IMG/VR virus record: IMGVR_UViG_3300022908_000070
Span: 1,185-65,184 of that record
DNA length: 64,000 bases
Source of the DNA: a virus
Lineage: Duplodnaviria > Caudoviricetes
Direction: 5' to 3' (one strand)
Positions 56,069 through 64,000 of the stretch are shown here, in pieces (position 1 is the first letter of the stretch; the number at the start of each line of letters is the position of its first letter). A model generated the notes under the pieces. The model worked only from the letters and a program-made list of their open reading frames with translations, had not been told where the DNA came from and searched no databases. The position numbers and the translations under genes were made by a program.

Positions 56069-56979
56069 TAGAATCCCGGGCCTCCGATTTGCGTTTGACC
56101 ATTGTTGTTTACTTCTGGCTTTGCCTCTTCCTTCTGCCCGGTAGTAACTTCGGCGGCTGTAATTGGCTCCTCAGAAAAACCAAGCTCCTTTTTATTGGCC
56201 CCGTTGCTGACCAAGTTTTTTACATTGGCCTCGGCAGCGTTCGGACGTTCTTCGATTTCTTTATAAAGGTCCGCGTCGTCTGTCCCGTTAATGATACCCT
56301 TGCATGCCCTGGCTGTCACTGTCTTTTCTGCCATTTCATCGGTGAATTTTTGGTGAGCCGGGGAATTGCCCTTGGTTGCTCCCATGGTCCACGCCATGCG
56401 GATTTGCTTAATGCTCATTATTTCCACATCGACCGTCCCGTCATTGTAGGTTATGACGCAATACGCCCCCTTCACCTTTTCGTGGTCGATATTTTCGATC
56501 TTCTGCTTATGGCTGATGATCCTGTTGCGACCGGTCAGGGTGTCCTTTTCGAACTCGAACTCGTCATCCTGGTAGATGGTGACCGGCTTAATATCCTTCA
56601 CATTCCCTACTCTCTTTGCGGCGACCTCTTTACCGAAATATGACTCGTCGCAGGAAAGCTCGTTTCCGTAGGCTATAAAATAACACTGCTTTTTGACAGG
56701 GCTCAACCCCTTCAATACCATATCCAATAGAGAGTTGGCAATACTGGCCTGGGTGCAAACCTCAAGAACCGGCTTGTCGTTCCTATCGAAAGTATCCTGA
56801 AGGATAAGCCATGCGGATTTAAGCGCATTCTCGGGACTGTAGTTGGCCGGCAGTCTTATTTCTCCTGCGGACTTGAAATGATTTATCTTTTCAAGAACGC
56901 GCGTAATGGTTTCTTCCTGAAATCTTTTAGCGGGGGTCGAAGGTGTGGCCGCCGATGCGACCGGAGTTGTTGTTGACAT
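56068..56979 (-). CDS. recT: RecT-family single-strand annealing protein
   Basis: GLSPVKKQCYFIAYG, H.KF.DEMA.KTV. Confidence 0.88.
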   Translation of the reverse strand: MSTTTPVASAATPSTPAKRFQEETITRVLEKINHFKSAGEIRLPANYSPENALKSAWLILQDTFDRNDKPVLEVCTQASIANSLLDMVLKGLSPVKKQCYFIAYGNELSCDESYFGKEVAAKRVGNVKDIKPVTIYQDDEFEFEKDTLTGRNRIISHKQKIENIDHEKVKGAYCVITYNDGTVDVEIMSIKQIRMAWTMGATKGNSPAHQKFTDEMAEKTVTARACKGIINGTDDADLYKEIEERPNAAEANVKNLVSNGANKKELGFSEEPITAAEVTTGQKEEAKPEVNNNGQTQIGGPGF

Positions 56980-56990
56980 AATGAATACGG

Positions 56991-59012
56991 TTAGGCGACG
57001 CGCAGTTGCTTGTCGGCCGGTGAAACAATTAGGTTAATTATCTGAGCATCCGTATCCGGAATGGAGCTTACCGATTCCCGATTATCCAGCCAGATAGGCG
57101 CGGATGCTTTGTAGAAGTCGGATAAGGCGTTGATGATATCGATACCGACCAGGATCTTACCGGCCGTATTCAGGTCGGAGAATGGAACACCCTTATAGGT
57201 TGTCTCGCAGCATTCGGCCTGGCCGCCGTTGATCTGATCTTCAAACAGTTTGAAGCGGGCATATTTAAACCGGCTATTTATCCTTTCGGTGATAGCTTCC
57301 ATCTTTGCCCGGATGAATTGATTGATAATAAACTCCAAACCGTCTTGCTGAACCAGCTGATCGGCAAGGGTTGATTCTTCGGCATTCAGTTGGGCGATGC
57401 GCTGATGCGCTTTTTCGATCTGCTCCTTGGTGTTGTATTGCTTTTTAAGGGCATCCAGTTCTACCGTAAGCGCAGCCCGCCGCGTCTTGATCTCGCTGTT
57501 GTCCTCCTGGTCCTGCGAGGCTTCGATTTCGGCTTGCAGCGCAGCGATGCGTTCCTTCAATTCATTTATCTCCTGGCTCTGTGCGATCTGGGCGGCGATG
57601 ATCTGATCTGATTCGCTATCAAGAGTAGCCGTTTCCGCTTCCAGGGCGGAGATGCTTTGACGGAGGGCTTCGGTTTCTTTGGTCAGGGTATTGATTGCAG
57701 CCAACGTATCGGTTATCTGCTTTTCAGTTGCCTCATGGCTTTTCTTGGCCTCCTGCCCGGCGGCGGTGATTTCTCCGAGGCGCTTGGCCTTATTATCGCT
57801 AAAGGTCTTATCGGCCTTTTCCTGAGCGGCTTTCCTTTCGGCAACGGTTCCGGCTGGCAGAGTCTGCTTGCATGAGGGACAGGTAAAATCGTCATCATGC
57901 TTATGGGGCTGTGTGGCGTTGACTTTCGCCCAGTCGGCGCGGAGGTCGGCCATTTCCTTTTCAAGTGTTCCTTTCTTGCGCTCACAAGACGAAAGGAAAG
58001 TCCTTTGAGTGGTCAGTTCTGAATCCTTCGCCCGGCCATCAGCGCGGAGCTTCTTAACGTTCGTATCCCGGTCGATCTTATCCTGGTTGAGTAAGGACCG
58101 GATTTCACTTTCAATGGTCTGTATCTGTCGCTGATGCGCGTATATCTCATTTTGCCGGGCAAGGTTGGCGTTATTCTTTTCCTTCTGAGCATTGGCGACG
58201 TTCTGTAGGGCGGCGTCCAGCTCTGCTATTTCGGCCTGTTTGGCTTCGATCTCCACTTGCAGGGAATCGAAATCCAGCGCTTCGGGAGTTGCGCGGGTAG
58301 CCTCATCGATGCGGGTAGGCAGCATTTCCAGCTGATCTTTTACCTTCTTTCTTTGGGCGGCTACCTTTCGGCGGTATTCTTCCAGAGCCTTTTCTGAGGT
58401 CAGGCCGGATACGATGCCGTGATTGATGTTGGCTAACAGGTCAGCCCATTCGCCCTTATTACTCGCGGTGATCAGCGGGTCTGTAATTTCCCCGACCGAT
58501 ATCTCTCCGGCAATTTCCATGAGGACATTGCGGCGGTCCTGCCATTTGATAGAGTTGAAATAGAGGGGGTTGGTGATCAGTTTGAAAACAGATTCATTGA
58601 TCAGTCCGTTGACTTTCGCCTGATATTCGCTCAGGTTGACCGGGACACCATTCCAGAATAATTCCGTTTCGTGGCCGGTCATATCTTCCTTTTTACTACC
58701 ACGCTTAACGGTCCACTTTTCCCGATAGATCCTGCGGGCTTCGACCTCCCGGCCATCAACTATAAGGATGCCGCTTACTTCGTGGTCAAGCTTTTCCTTT
58801 GCTTTCCCGTTGGAATCGAGGGTTTTGATCTCGAAATCCTTTCGGTCTGTGGAGTCTTTGCCGAAGAGCAGGAATAGAAAGGCGTCCATGAGCGTGGTCT
58901 TGCCGGCCTCGTTCGCGCCGTAAATAGACGTAACTGACTGGAAGTCTACTACAAGGCTCTTTATTCCCTTGAAGTTTACCAGGGTCAGCCGTTGAAGTGT
59001 TAGAATTTTCAT
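56991..59012 (-). CDS. Rad50/SbcC-like AAA ATPase
   Basis: NFKGI, GANEAGKTT, CPSC zinc hook, coiled coils, PIWLDN.ES. Confidence 0.88.
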   Translation of the reverse strand: MKILTLQRLTLVNFKGIKSLVVDFQSVTSIYGANEAGKTTLMDAFLFLLFGKDSTDRKDFEIKTLDSNGKAKEKLDHEVSGILIVDGREVEARRIYREKWTVKRGSKKEDMTGHETELFWNGVPVNLSEYQAKVNGLINESVFKLITNPLYFNSIKWQDRRNVLMEIAGEISVGEITDPLITASNKGEWADLLANINHGIVSGLTSEKALEEYRRKVAAQRKKVKDQLEMLPTRIDEATRATPEALDFDSLQVEIEAKQAEIAELDAALQNVANAQKEKNNANLARQNEIYAHQRQIQTIESEIRSLLNQDKIDRDTNVKKLRADGRAKDSELTTQRTFLSSCERKKGTLEKEMADLRADWAKVNATQPHKHDDDFTCPSCKQTLPAGTVAERKAAQEKADKTFSDNKAKRLGEITAAGQEAKKSHEATEKQITDTLAAINTLTKETEALRQSISALEAETATLDSESDQIIAAQIAQSQEINELKERIAALQAEIEASQDQEDNSEIKTRRAALTVELDALKKQYNTKEQIEKAHQRIAQLNAEESTLADQLVQQDGLEFIINQFIRAKMEAITERINSRFKYARFKLFEDQINGGQAECCETTYKGVPFSDLNTAGKILVGIDIINALSDFYKASAPIWLDNRESVSSIPDTDAQIINLIVSPADKQLRVA

Positions 59013-59143
59013 AACTTTATTTCTGGTATTTGATTGATAATTATAGGGCCGGCCTCTACCCCGGCCCTTTTTGTTTACCTCATGTGTGACTCTACTTTAA
59101 TTCGTCGGGCATATCTGAAACCGGGTTACCTTTTCCGGTGGGT

Positions 59144-59509
59144 TTAAAAGTCATCGGTCACGCCGCTATAGGCAAACGTTCCGTCAGTATTACATTGATC
59201 CCACCACTCTTGATAGGAATATTTCCTTTTCCGATTCGGTCTTTTCGAAAATTTTACCCCTGTTTTTTCCGTCACTATTTCCAGAAATTTTGGGAAGTTT
59301 TCGAAGTATGAAGAACAGCTTAGGATGAAATTTCTATCAACGCAGGGTTTGCCATTATATCTGTTGATATGTCGATCGCTGTATTCAGTGAGGCATTGTT
59401 TAACTATTTCAACGGAGATGCCTTTCTTTATAACCAAGAGGTTATATAAGCCCTGCTGAATGCCCTTCGCTGACTTGCAGTACCACGTATTTTGTTCTGA
59501 TGCTTTCAT
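59144..59509 (-). CDS. Hypothetical protein
   Basis: Likely ATG at 59509; ends DGTFAYSGVTDDF. Confidence 0.55.
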   Translation of the reverse strand: MKASEQNTWYCKSAKGIQQGLYNLLVIKKGISVEIVKQCLTEYSDRHINRYNGKPCVDRNFILSCSSYFENFPKFLEIVTEKTGVKFSKRPNRKRKYSYQEWWDQCNTDGTFAYSGVTDDF

Positions 59510-59652
59510 GATTTGCTTTTTAAAAGTAGCAGGACCAGGGTTACTGATCCCGCTTGCCAAACCTCACTGCCTATGAAGACTAAAAAAGAAACTTTTGAAA
59601 AGCCGATCCTTAGAAAAGGACCGGCACCATTAAACCTAATCCTATGAAAAAA

Positions 59653-59874
59653 TCAGTCGTGATAAAACCGCTCGTATTCATCCAGCTTAATCTTCCTGCG
59701 CCTCTTCCAAATCCTGCTCACTCCCAACCACACCTGCGCCGTGAAATCCTTCAGGCAATCAATTATTCCCGACATCCTGTAGCGGAACTCCTTTACCGAC
59801 TCGCTTATAGCGGCTATATATATCAGTAAAAGGGGTATAAGGGCGACCATCCAGATAAAGAGTATTTGTGTCAT
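59653..59874 (-). CDS. Small membrane hypothetical protein
   Basis: MTQILFIWMVALIPLLLIYIAAI. Confidence 0.45.
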   Translation of the reverse strand: MTQILFIWMVALIPLLLIYIAAISESVKEFRYRMSGIIDCLKDFTAQVWLGVSRIWKRRRKIKLDEYERFYHD

Positions 59875-59986
59875 CGTAGTGGGTTTTATGGGTTTTGGCG
59901 TTCTTGTTGGCTTCGAGCATGATCCGGCGGCACAATCCAAAGAGCCAGATAAAGAGGGTTACAGAGGCGAAGAAGATCCAATTCAT
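59759..59986 (-). CDS. Small membrane hypothetical protein
   Basis: ATGA-coupled to upstream ORF; overlaps next ORF. Confidence 0.4.
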   Translation of the reverse strand: MNWIFFASVTLFIWLFGLCRRIMLEANKNAKTHKTHYDDTNTLYLDGRPYTPFTDIYSRYKRVGKGVPLQDVGNN

Positions 59987-60303
59987 AGAAGGTACTTTTT
60001 AGCGATCTGGCGGGCCTCTTCAATAAGCTTGATCTCTTCATCGGTAAAAAAAGTAACGCCGTGATACAATCCAGAAAGCGTGTCGGGAGAAAGCATTTCA
60101 GCTACAGTAGCTAACTTCCTTATGTCTGCCAACAGTGCAGGAGCAGAAGCCGCAAGTTTCGCATTATCTGACGCAGCTGCGGTATGCTCTTCATCAAGCA
60201 GATCGCCCTCGTCAGTATAAAAGGGTTCTGTTTGAAGATTCCAGTATCCAGCGTATTCGACTGCGAACCAAGGGCCGGGCGTATGTTTAGATTCTTCTGG
60301 CAT
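59983..60303 (-). CDS. Phage hypothetical protein
   Basis: KHTPGPW ... NAKLAASAP.LL, a common phage motif. Confidence 0.7.
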   Translation of the reverse strand: MPEESKHTPGPWFAVEYAGYWNLQTEPFYTDEGDLLDEEHTAAASDNAKLAASAPALLADIRKLATVAEMLSPDTLSGLYHGVTFFTDEEIKLIEEARQIAKKYLL

Positions 60304-60452
60304 ACTTTACTTTTTTTTCTGGGTTAAGGCCAGCATCGCCCATTGAAGAGCAATTGCAGCCGGGCATTTTGTTTTCATATTGTAGGGATTACTTTTGCCG
60401 CCAAATCCCGCTCCGATTATGGTAGCGGGATGCGGACTGATGGCCGGACCAA

Positions 60453-60755
60453 TTACTTTTCCTTCAGCGCGTTTATCTCTCTGCGCATTGATTCTATCGT
60501 GTTTTTGTTGCCGAGCAGCTTATTCATTTGATGCTGAGAGATATCCTGAACAATGTTTCTTGCAATAGTTGGATCTGCCTCGGCTGCACGGGTAACTGCG
60601 CCAACCAAATACACCTTACCTCTATCGTCCCTTTCAATGAAGGCCCCAAGTATAGCGGGTATTTTAAAGTATTGATTTTCGTCGCCCGTAAGATGTAAGT
60701 CAACTTCTTTGCCTGGAATGCAGGTCGTATCTATTGTAATGATAAGTTTTGCCAT
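60453..60755 (-). CDS. Hypothetical protein
   Basis: 100 aa early-region ORF. Confidence 0.55.
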   Translation of the reverse strand: MAKLIITIDTTCIPGKEVDLHLTGDENQYFKIPAILGAFIERDDRGKVYLVGAVTRAAEADPTIARNIVQDISQHQMNKLLGNKNTIESMRREINALKEK

Positions 60756-60888
60756 AAAAATATTTTTACCGCCTTGAGCCCGGTGTTACCCGAGCTGTCC
60801 GACGCGTTTATCTTTTAACAAAAAGTCAATTCAATTATCCAGGTAGCGATCGTGAGTAGTGTCAAAAGCGCTACTGCTGTGAGGTGTT

Positions 60889-61131
60889 TCATAGAGGGTG
60901 TTTGATAAATATTTCAGGGATCGAGTCCGCATCATACAGGTAGGTCGTTTTTACTTTCTTGAATACTAGAACTCCAGTTTTTCGCAACCGATACATGTCA
61001 TCCTTATTCCACCCGGTCAACTTCATCACATCCGAAGCGTTTACCCATACCTGCTTTTTCCTCGGCACTACCTGCGCTTTTATCAGCTTCTCTATTCGGT
61101 CCAGTCGTTGTATGATAGTTGCTTCGTTCAT
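60889..61131 (-). CDS. Excisionase-like DNA-binding protein
   Basis: WVNASDVMKLTGW...LR..G winged-helix pattern. Confidence 0.6.
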   Translation of the reverse strand: MNEATIIQRLDRIEKLIKAQVVPRKKQVWVNASDVMKLTGWNKDDMYRLRKTGVLVFKKVKTTYLYDADSIPEIFIKHPL

Positions 61132-61216
61132 TGAAATGTCTTATTGACTATTGCAAAATCGGTTTAGGAGAATTACTTTTGTCTGGCCACGCCCAAAATC
61201 CTCACGGAAAGCCTTT

Positions 61217-61408
61217 TTAACTCCACGCAATATTTTTCTCTGCAAAGACCTCCTTGGCCATATCGGTAGTAAGTCTGATATCCTTCCTGTCAACCCATCG
61301 CTTGATGGTCAGCGGATCCTTTTTGAACTTGTCAGCCAGTGCGCCGATCACCTCGAAGGGAAGGGTGACCGGTTGGGTCTGGTCCACTTTTTTGATCTGC
61401 TTTGCCAT
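61217..61408 (-). CDS. Cro-like protein
   Basis: Small HTH (LADKFKKDPLTIKRW) divergent from repressor. Confidence 0.65.
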   Translation of the reverse strand: MAKQIKKVDQTQPVTLPFEVIGALADKFKKDPLTIKRWVDRKDIRLTTDMAKEVFAEKNIAWS

Positions 61409-61429
61409 TGTTTTTGTATTTTGTTTCAA

Positions 61430-61502
61430 TTCTGAATCAAAGATAAAGAACTTTCTGAATTACGCAAACATTTTCTTAATTATTCTGAATTTATTTCTGA
61501 GA
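61430..61502. promoter_or_regulatory. Lysis/lysogeny switch: leftward promoter and operator repeats
   Basis: TTTG (61465-68) N19 TATCTTTG (61438-45) on minus; TTCTGAAT at 61430, 61453, 61483 plus variants at 61473, 61495. Confidence 0.7.
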
Positions 61503-62065
61503 TGGCTGAATCGGCTAACATATTGGACAGAACGGAACTATTTATTAAAGCTTACAGAAGACTAGAAGCAGACTCTAAATTGCCTGAAAATAAGCACATT
61601 GCAAAGATGATAGGATACAATTCAGCAAGCAGTATTTCTAATATATTGGCCCGGAGGCAGAATATCACTGCTCAGGCATGGAAAACATTTAAGGACCTTT
61701 TTGGAATAAAAGAAGGAAAGAATAATTCAGAAGATTTAGAAATTGAGATTAATCCGCGGGAGCAAAATGACCCCTCGCCACTGCAAATAATGATGACATT
61801 GACGGAAGCCTTTCGGGCATTATCCGAATCCAGCAGGTCTCAAACAGAAATATTAAAAATCATTGAAAACAAAATGGCCCGGGAGGATACCCAGGCCGCG
61901 ATGGAAACTAATTTGAATGAAGTTCGATCAATTGTCGATAAACTTTCAAAGGGTCAGAATAAGGGGCTGGAGATTCTTCGGCAGGAATTTGCCAAAATTC
62001 ACGCTGAGATTGTTCATCCAACGGCAAAAGACAAGCGGAAGATAGGCGGCGGCGAAGGCGGATAA
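61502..62065 (+). CDS. Probable phage repressor (N-terminal HTH)
   Basis: IAKMIGYNSASSISNIL..R; divergent from cro-like gene. Confidence 0.7.
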   Translation: MAESANILDRTELFIKAYRRLEADSKLPENKHIAKMIGYNSASSISNILARRQNITAQAWKTFKDLFGIKEGKNNSEDLEIEINPREQNDPSPLQIMMTLTEAFRALSESSRSQTEILKIIENKMAREDTQAAMETNLNEVRSIVDKLSKGQNKGLEILRQEFAKIHAEIVHPTAKDKRKIGGGEGG

Positions 62066-62359
62066 AGCAGTCGCATTCTTCCCTTAGACTACAGGCAAGA
62101 CATTGGAAGTCCATACGATTGTGGTCATTTAGGAGAGTTAAAAAATGGGTTAAGCCGATGATGCTACTAATCAGGCACACCTATTTCTTAGTGAGAACTT
62201 TGTTTGGAGAGACTTCGGAGAAGTAAGAGGATAAAAGTTATATCCGATCGGGCGGCTAAAATAATCATTATTATCAAATGACCAAATTAAAATGAACTAT
62301 TTTACACTTACATAGTTCACAGTTATACAAATTTTGTATGACAATCAATAAACCGATAT

Positions 62360-62902
62360 ATGAAACGATTATTTCTCCCCATGCTTTGCCTACTATCAGG
62401 GTGCAAAAACGACCAACAAAGGAACCTCGAACACGCAGACAGCCTCATAGCCGAATCGAAGAAACAATTGCAATATTATAAGATCTCCACCATGGCCGAT
62501 AGTATTATGAAGGCGGACACAAAAACGATCATGTTCGATACCGTAGGCGTGGGGTCAGGCCCTGTCGTTGTAACGTCCAGCGCTTTTGTTGAGAAACAAT
62601 ATTCGAATTTCAAAGACATGCATCTTAAATACAAAAATGTCTCTGGCAAAAAGATAGACGCTATTCGTTTCCGATGGTACGGTGAAAATGCGTTCGGAGA
62701 GCCCGCTGATATGGGCACTTCCCCGGAAAGAGGATTCGGCGGAGGGTTTACCGATTCCCCACTTCTTCCGGGAAAAACCGGATCGGGTACATGGGGCATA
62801 TTAAGCAGGGACGGGAAAAGGATTATCGCGGCGTGGGCGTATGAGGTTGTCTTTTCGGACGGTTCGAAGTGGAAATCGTCATCGCCGGGCCTTCGTCCTT
62901 GA
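62360..62902 (+). CDS. Lipoprotein in lysogeny module
   Basis: MKRLFLPMLCLLSGC lipobox. Confidence 0.75.
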   Translation: MKRLFLPMLCLLSGCKNDQQRNLEHADSLIAESKKQLQYYKISTMADSIMKADTKTIMFDTVGVGSGPVVVTSSAFVEKQYSNFKDMHLKYKNVSGKKIDAIRFRWYGENAFGEPADMGTSPERGFGGGFTDSPLLPGKTGSGTWGILSRDGKRIIAAWAYEVVFSDGSKWKSSSPGLRP

Positions 62903-62905
62903 CAG

Positions 62906-64000
62906 CTAAACCTCCTTCATTGCCGCCGCTTGCTCAATAATATCAGCTCCGGTCAGGTGGTAGTACACATTTACCACCTTCTCGCTGATCCCCATTAATT
63001 CGGCTGCTGTTGACTTCGGGAGACGGAGCTGAGCGCAGAGGCAGCCGAACGTATGCCTTGCCGTATGGGTCGTTATGTTGCGGCTGCAGCCTATCCGGCC
63101 GGCCAGGATCTTTAAATAGGCTCGCATCTTATCCCCGGATAGTGGCGCCGGCGTATCCTTGACCACATCAATAATCTCTGCCAGGGTTTTGCCTATAGGA
63201 AGGACTACCCAGCTGCCTGTCTTTTTAGTTCGCAGCTTTAAAAATTCTCCTTCTATCCGGCGCTTATAGTCGAACTGCTCCCAGTCGGAATGCCGCAGGC
63301 CCGAGTAGCATCCGAAAAGGAACCAGGTCAAAGTATTATACATGGACCCGTCGCACTTCCTTTTACGCCAGTAGTCGAGCCATTGCTGTCGCTCTTCTTC
63401 AACCAGGTAGATTCGCTCAGGGTTTACGTACTTCGGCGTCTGGTAAATCGGCAGCTCACGGAGGATCCCCTCTTTTCGGGCCTTGTTCATGATAGCTTTC
63501 ATCCAGCGGATAGTCGTGTTGAGGGTGTTTTGGGCCTGACCCCGGTTTCGCTCGTGGCGTTCGTAGTTGCGCATGAACTGTGTCGTAATATCCCGGAATT
63601 CCAATTTAGGTCCTGCGTATCTCTTCAGTCGGTTGGACTCACAGGTATACCGCCGCTGCGTGGCGCCATGCATGTTCTTCTTTACGTCCTCCACGAATTC
63701 AAAGACATTGACCAGCCGGGTAGCTTTTACGTTCCTGCTGGTCACCAGTTCGCCCGATAGCGACCTGGAAAGAATCTCCGACTCAATTTCGGCTATCTTG
63801 TCCCGGAGGGTCCGGTTATACAGCGCGGCATTCGGATGCCTGCCAACCTGGTTGTTTTCCCACTCTTCGGCGCGGATGCGTAGAGCGGTTTTGAAATATC
63901 GTACCTTACGGGCAATCGTAACCGCGATCATAATAGGGCCAGTGCCCTTTGAGTTGATCTTGTGTTGCCAAAATACTGGGCGGATGGTGTAATTGTTCAT
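62906..64000 (-). CDS. Prophage tyrosine integrase
   Basis: SGLRHSD, KT, HTARHTF, LMG, YY; arm-binding and SAM-like N-terminal domains. Confidence 0.93.
   Translation of the reverse strand: MNNYTIRPVFWQHKINSKGTGPIMIAVTIARKVRYFKTALRIRAEEWENNQVGRHPNAALYNRTLRDKIAEIESEILSRSLSGELVTSRNVKATRLVNVFEFVEDVKKNMHGATQRRYTCESNRLKRYAGPKLEFRDITTQFMRNYERHERNRGQAQNTLNTTIRWMKAIMNKARKEGILRELPIYQTPKYVNPERIYLVEEERQQWLDYWRKRKCDGSMYNTLTWFLFGCYSGLRHSDWEQFDYKRRIEGEFLKLRTKKTGSWVVLPIGKTLAEIIDVVKDTPAPLSGDKMRAYLKILAGRIGCSRNITTHTARHTFGCLCAQLRLPKSTAAELMGISEKVVNVYYHLTGADIIEQAAAMKEV

Larger units (their letters stand above)
7799..64000 (-). mobile_element. Siphovirus-like temperate prophage (~56 kb), second att expected just past 64000
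   Basis: Complete module order from integrase to lysis; bounded on left by att core. Confidence 0.93.

Overview
Bacteroidota DNA (probably Chitinophagaceae-like; TAnnTTTG promoters, Gln after signal-peptide cleavage sites) carrying two mobile elements in tandem at a tRNA attachment site. (1) 1-~7790 is the integrase end of an integrative element: integrase, an AT-rich HigB / HigA-ImmA / sce7725 / sce7726 cassette, an excisionase-like HTH and a primase-helicase that runs off the left edge. (2) ~7799-64000 is an apparently near-complete ~56 kb siphovirus-like prophage read almost entirely on the minus strand: integrase, repressor/cro switch, RecT recombination, methylases, DnaB replication, packaging, HK97-type head, neck, tail and lysis genes. 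Main highlights: a five-enzyme glycan-modification operon (GT25, GT-A-like, FkbM-like methyltransferase, GT11 fucosyltransferase, GT4) inserted between the major capsid and head-tail connector genes; three Sec-signal-peptide proteins in the tail-fibre slot, the largest extremely rich in the Bacteroidota O-glycosylation sequon D-(S/T)-(A/I/L/V/M/T), which together suggest a phage export-and-glycosylate system; a nested alternative-frame gene inside the C5 methyltransferase; an ATA-initiated second tail-tube-like gene; and repeated late-region regulatory motifs. All calls are by eye from motifs and synteny; no database searches were run.
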